DNA of 62,782 nucleotides, counting the filler, from Chiloscyllium plagiosum (Eukaryota): NCBI RefSeq assembly GCF_004010195.1. It is 5 parts of one record of this genome, joined end to end, with 100 filler letters (N's around TTAATTAATTAA, not from the genome) between each part and the next. Parts side by side here need not be neighbours in the genome. Positions count along the whole stretch, not along the records: positions 45,888 to 55,057 come from NC_057717.1; positions 55,158 to 58,845 come from NC_057717.1; positions 58,946 to 62,782 come from NC_057717.1; 2 more parts are not named here. One strand, written 5' to 3'. The notes beneath the pieces were generated by a model. The model had not been told where the DNA came from. It did no database searches and worked only from the letters and a program-made list of their open reading frames with translations. The translations under genes were made by a program, and so were the position numbers. Positions 49,766 through 61,719 of the stretch are shown here, piece after piece (the first letter of the stretch is position 1; every line of letters begins with the position of its first letter).

Positions 49766-50421
49766 AATTACAACAAATTTGGCCTATACAAACACCCAGC
49801 GGGTATATACCTAATCCACACTTATCAAGGTCTTGTATATTTCATTCTCATTCCAAGAGTACCCTGTTAAAGCCTTCATAATATAAGCCCTTCACCCCAG
49901 GAATACGTGAAATGAAATATCTCTGAACTGCTTTCAATGTAATTATATCCTTTCTCAGATAAGGAGACAGAAAAAAAAATTAATCTCACACTCAGATCAT
50001 AGAGTTTATATTTGTTTTCTCAAAGTGCTGAGAGTCTTTGAAACACTCTTTCCCACAGAGCATTGGAGGCAGAAATATTGAATATTTTTGAGGCACCGAC
50101 AGAAGGTTCATGAATAACAACAGAATCAAGGATTTTCGAGGAATGGGCAACAATTTACAGCGTAGGGGAAAATGTAGACAGTGGTATCAAATTACACGGG
50201 TCCGGAACATCCAGGAATATAATGCAAAATGAAATGATGCTATCAATAAAATATTAAGGGGGAATCCAAGATACCGGAGATCCGGAAGGTCTGTTTTGCT
50301 GGGCTCTGCATCACAGCATGGGCAAAGTGGTTCTCTAACCCATCCCATCCTAGCCATTTATGTAAAATTCAACACTAAAAGAGCGATAGAATCTTTACTA
50401 ATCCTGTTTTGTCAAGTGCAA

Positions 50422-51290
50422 ATGACAAAACATGGGAAAGGATCGAGAAAGTCCCAACACACGGTGCACCCGTCAGAAGCATCGAGCCTGCCTGAGGCTG
50501 TAGCTGCAACCCACTCTGCTCGTTCCATGGACCCAGTTCCTCACCAGGCCTTGGTCACTGAGTTCACCAAGTTATGTGGAATGATTGAAGCCATGATTGA
50601 AGAAGGGTTCAGCAGTGGCTCGGGCCGCTCTCAGCCGTGCTCCAAAAGCATGAGCAGCAAATTGACAGCCTTGGAAACAGAACAGATTATGCCAAGTGCC
50701 AAACTGCAGCGACAGAGAGTGCGATCAGTTCCTTTCAGGAGAGGATCCTTACCTTTCAAAAGCAGGTCCAATCCTTAACTGAACATGACGACCCCCTCGA
50801 GAACAGGGATAGGATGAAAAATGTTCACATCGTCGGTTTGCTGGACCGGACGGAAGGTGGTCAGCGGGTGAGTTTATTGAGAACTGGCTGCAGCGATTCC
50901 TTCACTTCAAAACTCAAAAGGGACGGGTGAAGACTGAAACAGTTCATCGGGTTATGGTGCGGAGGTCAGACTCAGACCAGCGCCTTCGCCCTGTCCTTGT
51001 GCAGTTACATAATTATGGGGATAAACAAAGACTGATGGAATCTTCCCGAACACAGGGGACAGATCCGATTGCTTTAATTCACGAAGGCTCCAGTATTATG
51101 TTCTTCAGGACTTTTCAACGGTGGTGACTCAGGAAAGAAAATCTTTTGATGATATCAAGAGAAGAGTAAGGGAACTCGGGATTCAGTATTCCTTACGGTA
51201 CCCAGCGGTGCTCCGTATTGCTTTCAATGGATCCATACACTTGTCTGACTCTACAGAGAAAGCGAAAACCTTGTGGATATTTTAAAGTAA
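50422..51290 (+). pseudogene. L1 ORF1p (coiled coil, RRM, CTD; Transposase_22-like), frameshifted
   Basis: DPLENRDRMKNVHIVGL (cf. DLENRSRRNNIRIVGL), ETVHRV...RPVLVQLHNYGDKQ and GIQYSLRYPAVLRI. Confidence 0.85.
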
Positions 51291-54200
51291 GATGGATGTT
51301 TAGATAATCATGTTTCTCTCTTAAAGAAATTTTCTTGGATTTTTCTGGTATTAACCAGTGTTAAATTATAGTCGGGGATGGTAGAGTACGCACTTTTAAC
51401 TTCTTCATTAGTATTACTACTCTTTTTCTCTTTCCTTGCTTGTATCTGGGGTGCGACTCAAGCTGGAGCGGTTACAAAGGTAGTTGTGATGACTAAATAC
51501 CGACCAAAGAGCAGTTGAACTACGATTTTTGTCGTTAACTGCCCTGGATGTCATATTAGTAGCAGGCAGAAGATGAGGTTTTGGGGTATGTAATCGTCCC
51601 CACTGGACCCGCGTGGTGGGGGCGGGGGTAAATTCCCTAAGGAGTGTCATTGGCACTTTGGATTTTGTTTCATTTTTTTGTTTTTGTGTGTGTGTTTTAT
51701 TTTGGAAAGTATTGAGAGCTTGTTAGATGCAGTAGTCTTAGTTTGTGTTGTTTTAAAGCTCTATGAGTCTTTTTTCATTTATGATCAGTGATGTGTAATT
51801 CGAGTTCTTCCTCTCTAGCGCTCAAATGTTGCTACAGTGTGTGATGGTTAATGATGTTCTTAAATGGTGTACCTGGAACAATAAGCGGAGCCATTGTCCA
51901 GTAAAGAGGAAAAATGTATTTTCTAGTCTTACAAAGGAGAGGGTGGATGTTGTCCTATTGCAGGAGATGCACCTTGATGACAAGGAACATTTGATATTGC
52001 AGCAGGGCGGGTTTGATCGGGTTTATTTCTCATTTTATTAATAGTAGGAGTAGGTGAGAAGCCATATTGGATAGGAAGAATCTTCCAGTTAAATTACTAG
52101 ATTACATTCGACATTCACAGGTGGATCATAATCCCCAAACCCTTGAACTATGGGAAAGAATACAGTATGTTGAATGGTTATTGCCTCCCGGCGCACCCTC
52201 TTAAAACCGTGGTAGATGCATTTTCCAAATTACGTTATCTTGTCTCATGGTGCATTAGTATAGATGATTTCAACTGTCTTATGGACCCCATAGTGGACAG
52301 AATGTCCAAAGATCACCCAAAACCCTCGTCATAATGTAAGCAATTAGTTGATTCTTGTGCAGAACTAGAGCTGGTGGATGTCTGGAGGCAGATCCACATC
52401 ACAAGTCGGGATTTTATTTTCTCCTTTAACCCGCATAAATGCCACACGAATGTTGATCTCTTCTCCATCCCTGCAACAATCTTAGATTCGGTGGCATCTT
52501 GCACAATTGGGAAAATTACCATTTCTGACCATGAAGCAGTATAAGAATTTCGAGACGCTGGCGAATGGATCCTTTTTTTTCTTAAGGCTAGTTAGTTCAT
52601 TGAGTATTTCTGTAAAGATTTCAGATCTTTCTTAGCCATTAATGCAGATTCAACCAGTAACACATCCATTCTATGGGAAACTGCTAACGCTCATGCCAAG
52701 GGAATAGTTATTCATCAGGAAGCGGCAGAAGGGGCAGCAGGAACGCTGGCTTGAGGCACAGCTGAGGGCAGCCGAGAGGGCATACTGTGATAGTACCTCC
52801 GTACCTAATCTGCAGAGGATCACAACGCTTCTGTCTACAGTGAATTCCTCGCTCACACAGACAGCCAGGAAGGAACTTACTATTGAAAAACAATGGCTGT
52901 TTGAACATGGTGATAAGCCAGGCAAGTATTTAGCCTAACTTGCCAGGAAAATGAGTGCCCCCTCAAGCCATTACCTCAATTAGGGAAGGTACTGGGATCC
53001 TTCCCTCCGATTGCAAAAAGATTAATGCAGCCTGTCCGAGATTTTTCTCCGAATTATTTCAGACTGGACATTTTGAGGATAGATGTATTAAGATGGAGTC
53101 ATTTTTCAAGAACCTGTGTGTTTCAGGAGTAACCCCTGAATAGGTGTTGTGCCTTAATGCACCATTGTCAGCACAGGAGGGTGTGAAGCAGCTTCAGAAT
53201 GTAAAGGTGCACGTTCCTGACGGATTTCTGAGTGAATTTTATAAATAATTCATAAACTTATTGTCAGGGCTGATGTTTAACATGTTGTGTCACTCATACA
53301 GTCACGAACCCCTCCCTCTATCCTTAATAGAGGCTCATATCTCTCTGATGCTGAAGAAAGGAAGACCCTGGAGGATTGTGCTTCTTGCATGCCAATCCCA
53401 CATTTAAATGTTGGTCTCAAAATCCTGCCTGAGATCCGTGCATTAAGGCTGGAAACTTTGCTGCCTTCCGTTGCCAAAGAGGACCGGACAGGCTTTATAA
53501 AGGGCCGCAGATCTTCCTACAATGTTAAGAGGTTACTCAATATGATCCAAGAGTGTCAACAACAATCTGTCCAGGGATTATTGATCCCTTTAGATGAGAG
53601 AAGCCATTTGATTGGGTTGAGTGGCCGGATCTCTTCTGTACATTAGAATGGTTTGGTATACGCAAAGTTTTTATCAAGTGGGTGAGGGTCCTTTACCGTG
53701 ATCCTCTGGCTGCGGTTCTCACTAATGGTGTGGCCACCCAGTAATATTAATATTTCTCCAGGCAGCCGCCAAGACTGACACCTTTCACCATTGTTGTTTA
53801 CGTTGGTGATTGAGCCACTGGCGGAGGCCATCCGTAGGGATGCCAACACATCTGACCCAGAAGTGGGATAGAAGTCACGTGAGTTTATATTGTATGCAGA
53901 TTAGGGTCTTATGTTTTTGTCAAATCCTGCAATTTCGGTAGTTCAAGTGATGCAATGCATTAATTCGCTTGTTGCCTTTCCGGGCGATAAGATTAATTTT
54001 ACAAAGTTGGAGGCCACGCCTATGGGATGTCTGAGGAAAATACCTGATACTGAGGGCAAATCCTGATTTCCTTTTAAATGGTCACTGGGGGTGGTTTCCC
54101 TATTTCAGTATATTCATTACATCTGTCTTTGATCATTTATTTAACGTGAACTATGCCCATTTGTTTGACAAAATTAAACAAGACCTTCAAAGATGGGAGG

Positions 54201-54734
54201 CATTTCCAATATCCTGGCTAGGTCGGATAGCTGTTATTTAATGAATGTCCTTCGTCATTTGCTATACCCTGTGTAAATGCTTCCTTTGATGTTTCCCAGA
54301 CAGATATTTTGGAAACATTATGGGTGGTTTAGCTCTTTTATTTGGCCCCATAAGCGATTCTATATCAAGCTAACAAAATTGCAACTGCCCCACAGATTGT
54401 GGGGGGGCGATCTCCCCGATTAAAAGCAAGCAATTAAGCTCTTTTCATCGTACGTGAGTGCCTGGGCGGCTGAGGACTCGGCATCAATATGATGAATTGA
54501 ACCCTTATTGGTCTGTTGTTCTTAGATAACATGACAACATTTATGAAGTATTGTCATAAACTAATTATCATCAATAATGTTAAAACTTGAAGGACAATGC
54601 GTCAGATCGAGGGAAATACAGCCCTCATGTTTCTTACCACTATAATTGATATACCGGGCTGTCAACCAGGGATAATGGATTCCAGGTTTAATCTTTGGGC
54701 AGCCAGGGGTGCGCCTTGCTTGAGTGATTTAGAA

Positions 54735-55900
54735 TTAGAAGAAACCATACAGTATGGATACAAGCCCCTGTGCCCAGCAAGTCCACTCCGACTCTCTGAA
54801 GACCGACCCAGGCCCATTCCCCTACCATCCTATATTTAGAACATAGAACATAGAACATAGAAGAATACAGCGCAGTACAGGCCCTTTGGCCCTCGATGTT
54901 GCGCCGATCCAAGCCCACCTAACCTATACTAACCCACTATCCTCCATATACCTATCCAATGCCCGCTTAAATGCCCATAAAGAGGGAGAGTCCACCACTG
55001 CTACTGGCAGGGCATTCCATGAACTTACGACTCGCTGAGCGAAGAACCTACCCCTAANNNNNNNNNNNNNNNNNNNNNNNNNNNNNNNNNNNNNNNNNNN
55101 NTTAATTAATTAANNNNNNNNNNNNNNNNNNNNNNNNNNNNNNNNNNNNNNNNNNNNCCCCCCCACAAGTATCCAAAACGGTATACTTGTTCTCTCCTTC
55201 GCGCTTTTAAAGGGGGGAAAAAACTTACCCAGGTAAGCTTACACTAACTGGTTCCGGGTCTCGGCTGCCCCTCTGGAAATGACCGACGGCTTCGAAGGGT
55301 GAGTATAAATACTCACCGCTTTCCTTCCCGGCTGCCCCTCTGGTCGTCGTCACTTCCCCCTGGTGCTCCCGCTCTTTCTGTGAAGAAGAGTGAAAGAGAA
55401 AAAAATAACACCGCTGCCCGCTACCGGTAAGCACTTTTAAAACCAAACGGTCTTACCTTCGCTGCTGCTCGCACTGGAACTGACGGACCGCTTCGAAGGG
55501 TGAGTATAAATACTCACCGCTTTCCTTCCCGGCTGCCCCTCTGGTCGTCGTCACTTCCCCCTGGTGCTCCCGCTCTTTCTGTGAAGAGAGAGTGAAAGAG
55601 AAAAAAAAACACCGCTGCCAGCTACCGGTAAGTACTTTTAAAACCAAACGGTCTTACCTTCGCTGCTGCTCGCACTGGAACTTTACCCTGACTAATGCCC
55701 AAACCTATACATCCCTGAACACTATGAATGATTTATCAATGGCCAATTTATCTAACCTGCACATCTTTGGACTGGGGGACGAAGCCCACACAGACACAGT
55801 TAAGAATATACTAACTCCACACAGCCAATCACCCAGAGCTGGAACCAAAACCGTCACACTGGTGCAGTGAGTCAGCAGTGCAAACTACTGAGCCACGACG
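54735..55900 (-). mobile_element. V-SINE (54735-54837 and 55682-55900) split by a younger CR1 insertion
   Basis: The SINE 3' part and tRNA-like 5' part (..CAGCAGTGCAAACTACTGAGCCAC) flank the CR1. Confidence 0.75.
54838..55681 (-). mobile_element. Young CR1 LINE: 3' end with (TTCTATG)n tail, gap, then putative 5' UTR with 201-bp tandem repeat
   Basis: AGAACAT x3 tail at 54838-54860 and typical CR1 3' UTR. CpG-rich 201-bp duplicated unit at ~55290-55681. Confidence 0.75.
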
Positions 55901-57203
55901 TGTTACTTGAGGGAGAAAAAATGATATCATTTGATCAAATAACTCATAAGTATGTACTAGCTAATAGACACCTCTTCTCTTTTTGTTCCAGATTAGAGAT
56001 TTGATTAAAAAAACACAATTTTAACAGACACTTACGGATCCGATACAGAGAAGCAGGTGATTATTGTAAAGAATACACTCTCTGTCAGTTCCCTGTGTCA
56101 TTTGATGGTGAGTGTCCCCTCAGACAAGACTGTGCAGCTTCGTGACGTCTGTGCGAGGAAGTTGGGGGTTTAGATCTTTTCGGAGACATGGGAGGATATT
56201 TGTGAAAATACTCAAAGGATTTTGATCTATAATAGGACCCATTCCATGCAGTTGAAAATTCTTCATAGGTTCTATCTGACCTAAGATTCTCTCTCAAAAT
56301 TCAAAGTGGGATTATCCTACAGCATATTTTAAGTACAGAATGACTACAGGCACTCTTACTCATTGCATTGGTCCGGTTGCAGGCTTTCAACATATTGGAG
56401 CACTGAGTTAGGTGTGATAGAGTGGGTCTTGTGGACTGTGGGATATAAATGAATTAATGTTATCTCTGCAAGTATAAATTCTGATACAGAGCAGGAATGA
56501 GAAAATACATATTCAGCAAAAAGAAAGGATATGTTAGCATGAGATGTGAATACAGAACAATGGTGGATATAAGGGCAAACAGGAAAGCATCTGTTTCCCC
56601 ACTTGTACAGAGACACAGGAACAAACCCCAATCAAAGAGGTCAAAGTGGCCTCTGGATGGAAATAGATGCTGATAGAAGAAAAGATATGCCTAATCAATA
56701 ACCTACGGTAGACTGACGTCAAACACCCTTATGGGAGTCAGAGATAAGAGTTTTACACGGACAAGACAGGATAAACAGAAGTTGNNNNNNNNNNNNNNNN
56801 NNNNNNNNNNNNNNNNNNNNNNNNNNNNNNNNNNNNNNNNNNNNNNNNNNNNNNNNNNNNNNNNNNNNNNNNNNNNNNNNNNNNNNNNNNNNNNNNNNNN
56901 NNNNNNNNNNNNNNNNNNNNNNNNNNNNNNNNNNNNNNNNNNNNNNNNNNNNNNNNNNNNNNNNNNNNNNNNNNNNNNNNNNNNNNNNNNNNNNNNNNNN
57001 NNNNNNNNNNNNNNNNNNNNNNNNNNNNNNGTGACTGGTGTGAATCCTACAAGAGAGACATAGGCGGTTGATAGACAATACGGAACAAAGGGGCCAGGCA
57101 ACTCTGTGCACAGACCAAGGTAAGAAAATTGAGTTTTCAGTATTGCCTTGGTGGCCGGGATTGAGTTTTAGTAGTTAATAAGGGACTAACGAAGGAACTC
57201 ACT

Positions 57204-57490
57204 ATGGTTTGCGCTTTGGGTAAGGAAAAAGCCTCCGGGGACACAAAGTAAGGAAACGGCAATGGAAATGGAGGTGGGGTCCCTTACAACATTCCTCCGG
57301 AAAGTCCTTTGGGCAGGATGTTGTGGAAATTGGCAAAATAATACTTGTGCAAGGGAGAAAGATGATTAAATATTGTTGCTTTGTATGCACTAAGGCCTCC
57401 ATTCTTCGTCCCGCTGTCTTCTGGCCAAAGTACAGATCGGACGAAGACTGGGTTTGTGAATATCTGAGTTTATATGTCAATGTGCGAGAG
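57204..57490 (+). pseudogene. gag: ERV gag matrix-like region
   Basis: MVCALGK...IPPESPLGRML, then after a frameshift KMIKYCCFV...FWPKYRSDEDWVCEYLSLYVN; contains in-frame stops. Confidence 0.75.
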
Positions 57491-58269
57491 AGAGAGAGAG
57501 AGAGAATGAAAAGGGCTGTACAGCTGGTAGGAAGTTTAACGCTGTGTGATTTGGTTTGAGTGAACATTTGTTTGTTGGTGATTGAATGTTTGTGTTTTAT
57601 TCCCTGGAGCTTGTGTTCCAGGACTGTTTTCAAACTGATTTTGTTATGGAAACTTAACATGATTTCTTTTAAGGTTAAGGATTCTATTGTGATTATGAAG
57701 AAAAAAAAAGGAATGATAACTCCTGTTCTTTTTACAGATCATGACTGGCTTACTATCGGTTTCTAACTAATCTCTTTTATCTTTACATAACAGCGATTTA
57801 TGGAGGACAGTTGAAGTTTCAGTTCAACATTAGATTGTGGTAAAAGCAAAATTCTATGGTTAATATCTGTGACCTTGGATTCAGCCATTGTTCGTGTATT
57901 AGAATTTTTTTTAAAAAAAAAACTTGAGTAGACAAATTCTTTTAAGGCAAGCTCTGATTATTTTACGACCTATAGTATTGTAATTGAGCAATGATTGGTC
58001 AGGACTATTTAAGAAAACTAATTCTGGATATAAATTAAAGGACTAAAACTGGGGAATTACAGTGAATTGCAAAATTGGGAACTGTATGCATTTTGCATTT
58101 TGACTATTAAATACTGAAGAAATGAACGTAAATATATATAAATATATTTATAAGTTAGGAACAGGCTTTGAAGGTTAGTCAAGCATGAATTGATGAATTG
58201 GTGTTTGAAGTTATGGGGAGCTAGAAATATTGCAATATTTCTTTAAAAAAAGAAAAAAGGGGAAAAACG

Positions 58270-58845
58270 TAACGACTTATCCCCTTCGGGAGGTACCCAT
58301 AGGGGACAAAGAGATTGGGTTTGTAAGTGCCCCCCTCACCAATGGGGAGGTCAGAACATTTAAAAAAGAAATGGAGGTCCTGGTTGAGGATCCGGTGGGA
58401 TTGCCTGAACAAATTGATCAATTTTTGGGGCCCAGTCTGTATACCTGGGCTGAATTAATGTCTATTTTGAATATAATATTTACTGGGGAGGAAAGGGGAC
58501 TTATATGAGGAGCTGCCATTGAAATATGGGACAGGGAACACCCGATTGGAGATGGGGATGCTGGACAGGGAGAGGTGAAGTTTCCCCTCAGAGACCCCCA
58601 GTGGGAAAACCAAAACCCAGAGCATAGAGAAGAAATGAGGGAATTGAAAGACCTGATTCTAAAAGGAATAAGAGAGGCAGTTCCGAAGTCACAGAATTTG
58701 ATTAAAGCCTTTGAAATTAGACAGGAGAAAGATGAGACGCCCCCAGCTCTCTCGCAAAGATTAAGGGACTCAATGCAGAAATACTCTGGAATGAACCCTG
58801 AGGACCCAGTGGCACAGGGTCTGTTGAAAGTACATTTTGTGACAA
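58270..58845 (+). pseudogene. gag: ERV gag capsid (p30-like)
   Basis: YPLREVP...APLTNGEVRTFKKEM...EDPVG...YTWAEL...FTGEER, FPLRDPQW and MHR-like QEKDETPPALSQRLRD. One in-frame TGA at 58506-58508. Confidence 0.9.
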
Positions 58846-58945
58846 NNNNNNNNNNNNNNNNNNNNNNNNNNNNNNNNNNNNNNNNNNNNTTAATTAATTA
58901 ANNNNNNNNNNNNNNNNNNNNNNNNNNNNNNNNNNNNNNNNNNNN

Positions 58946-61500
58946 TCGGCCACTGCCCGAGGGACTCCTATAGACTTGGAGCTGAGTTGACTGACCTTCA
59001 TCAACCATGACCATCTTCCTACGTGTCAGGTATGATTCTAACCAGCGGGGAATTTGCCCCTGATACCCATTGATTGCAGGTTTGCTAAGGCCCCTTAATG
59101 CCACACTTGGTCGAAGGCGGCCTCGTTTTAAAGTACTGTCACTCTCACCCCACGTCTGGAATTCAGCTCTTTTGTCCATGTTTGAACCACAGTAATGTGG
59201 TCAGGAGCTGAGTGGCCCTGGTGGAGCCCTAACTGGGCGTCATTGACCAGGGTATTGCTGAGCATGTGCTGCTTAAAAGCACTGAGATCTTTTTACTGAT
59301 GATCGAGAGTAGACTGACAGAGTGGGAATACCATCATCTTTAGGTTCCCCTCCAAGCCATTCACCATCCTGACTTGGAAATATATTTGCTTTTTATAAAC
59401 AGGAGATACTTGGAGTAATTTTCCACATAATCGGGGAAAGCCATTGTTGTAACTGTATTGAAACAGTTTGGCTAGGGGAGTGGCAAGTTATGGAGCACAA
59501 GTTTTCAGTACTATTGCCAGAATGTTGTCAGATATTGGACCCTTTGGAGTATCCAGTATCTCCAACCGTTTCTGGATATCAGGTGGACTGAATCGAATTG
59601 TTTGATGACTGGTAACTGAATCGCTGAGGACCAGTGGAGAGGGTGAGATAGATTATCCACTCAGCACTTCTGACTGAAGATTGTTGCGAATGCATCAGCC
59701 TTATCTTTTCCACTGAAGTGCTGGGCTCTTCCATCATGGAGGAAGGGGTTATTTGTGGAATCTCTTCCTCCAGTGAATTGTTTAATTGTCCTCAACGTTT
59801 CTCGACTAGATGTGGAAAGACTGCAGAGCTTAGATCTGATCCTTTGCTTGTGGGATCACTTAGCTCTCTCTATCACTTACTGCTTATGCTGTTTGGCACA
59901 CACTTTGTCCTGTTTGGTGGCTTCAACAGGCTGACACCTCATTTTCAGGTATGCCCAGTGATGCTTCTGCCATCCTGCACACTAAATTGAAACAATGTTG
60001 ATCCTCTGGATTGATAGTAATTGTTGTTAGGTGGATATGCCACACCATGAGGTTCTGTGGGTGTACAATTCTGCTCCTATAGATGAACCACAGCACCTTA
60101 TGGACACCCAGACTTGAGCTGCCAGATCTGTTCGAAGTCTGTCCTATTTAGCACCGTGGTCGTTACACCTAAAATGGTGGAAGCTATTCTCAATGTGAAG
60201 GTGTGACATTGTCTCCACAATGACTATGCGGTGGCGACTCTTACTGATACTGTCATGGACAGATACTTCTGCAACTGGCAGATTAGTAAGGCTGTGGTCA
60301 AGTATGTATTTTCCTCTTGTTGGTTCCTTCACCACTTTCCAGTCTAGCAGTTATATCCTTTAGGACCCGGCCAGCTCGATCAGTATGACTGGTAACTGAA
60401 TCGCTGAGGACCAGTGGAGAGGGTGAGATAGATTATCCACTCAGCACTTCTGACTGAAGATTGTTGCGAATGCATCAGCCTTATCTTTTCCACTGAAGTG
60501 CTGGGCTCTTCCATCATGGAGGAAGGGGTTATTTGTGGAATCTCTTCCTCCAGTGAATTGTTTAATTGTCCTCAACGTTTCTCGACTAGATGTGGAAAGA
60601 CTGCAGAGCTTAGATCTGATCCTTTGCTTGTGGGATCACTTAGCTCTCTCTATCACTTACTGCTTATGCTGTTTGGCACACACTTTGTCCTGTTTGGTGG
60701 CTTCAACAGGCTGACACCTCATTTTCAGGTATGCCCAGTGATGCTTCTGCCATCCTGCACACTAAATTGAAACAATGTTGATCCTCTGGATTGATAGTAA
60801 TTGTTGTTAGGTGGATATGCCACACCATGAGGTTGTGTGGGTGTACAATTCTGCTTCTATAGATGAACCACAGCACCTTATGGACACCCAGACTTGAGCT
60901 GCAAGATCTGTTCGAAGTCTGTCCTATTTAGCACCGTGGTAGTTACACCTAAAATGGTGGAAGCTATTCTCAATGTGAAGGTGTGACATTGTCTCCACAA
61001 TGACTATGCGGTGGCGACTCTTACTGATACTGTCATGGACAGATACTTCTGCAACTGGCAGATTAGTAAGGCTGTGGTCAAGTATGTATTTTCCTCTTGT
61101 TGGTTCCTTCACCACTTTCCAGTCTAGCAGTTATATCCTTTAGGATCCGGCCAGCTCGATCAGTAATGCAGTAGCTGAGATACTCTTGGAGTTGGACATT
61201 GAAATCCCCCATCCAGAGTACATCTTGCGTCCGTGGGACCCTCAGTGCTTCCTCCAAGTGTTGATCAGCATGGAGGAGTACTGATTCATCAGTTGGAAGA
61301 CGCTGGTACATGGTAATCAGCAGGAGGTTTCCTTTCCCATGTGTAAACAAATGCCATGAGACTTCATGGGATACAGACTCACTGTTGAGGACTCCGAGAA
61401 CAATTCCATTCCAACTGTATCCCAATGTGCCGCCACTTCTGCTGTATCCGTCCTACTAATGAGACAGGAGATATCCGGGGAAGGTGATGGGGACTCTGGG
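58946..61500 (-). mobile_element. L2/CR1-group LINE (endonuclease to RT) with internal tandem duplication
   Basis: HEVSWH...GNLLLIT, MGDFNV, EPTRGKYILD..LTNLP and WLESYLTRRKMV. Confidence 0.9.
59605..61165 (+). repeat. 780-bp direct tandem duplication (59605-60384 / 60385-61165)
   Basis: The two copies are identical apart from about 5 substitutions seen by eye. A partial third, more diverged copy lies at ~61515-61685. Confidence 0.95.
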
Positions 61501-61719
61501 ACATAGGCTGAAATGGATCATCCACTCAGCACTTCTGACTAAGGATTATTGCGAATAAATCAGCCTTATCTTATACACTAAAGTGCTAGGCTCTTCCATC
61601 ATGGAGGAAGGGGGTTTTTGTGGAATCTCTTCCTCCAGTGAATTGTTTAATTGACCCCAACGTTTCTTGACTAGATGTGGAAGGACTTATACCTTACAGA
61701 ATCGTACCTTGCAGACAAT

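Larger units (their letters stand above)
50258..56531 (+). mobile_element. Near full-length decayed L1-clade LINE with nested insertions
   Basis: 5' GGGGGAATCCAAGAT start; ORF1 and ORF2 motifs in the expected order. Interrupted at ~54735-55900 and ends at the putative ERV LTR. Confidence 0.9.
51844..56531 (+). pseudogene. L1 ORF2p (APE endonuclease, RT), many stops and frameshifts
   Basis: CTWN...VLLQEMH, DDFN, LVDVWR, SDH, TGFIKGR, RQD*HLSPLLFTLVIEPLAEAIR and LYAD*. Confidence 0.88.
56532..58845 (+). mobile_element. Class I (gamma/epsilon-like) endogenous retrovirus: putative 5' LTR, leader and gag
   Basis: L1 homology stops at TGTTAGC (56532). CRE TGACGTCA at ~56714; leader donor AAG|GTAAGA at ~57120; gag MA and CA motifs follow. 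Confidence 0.8.
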
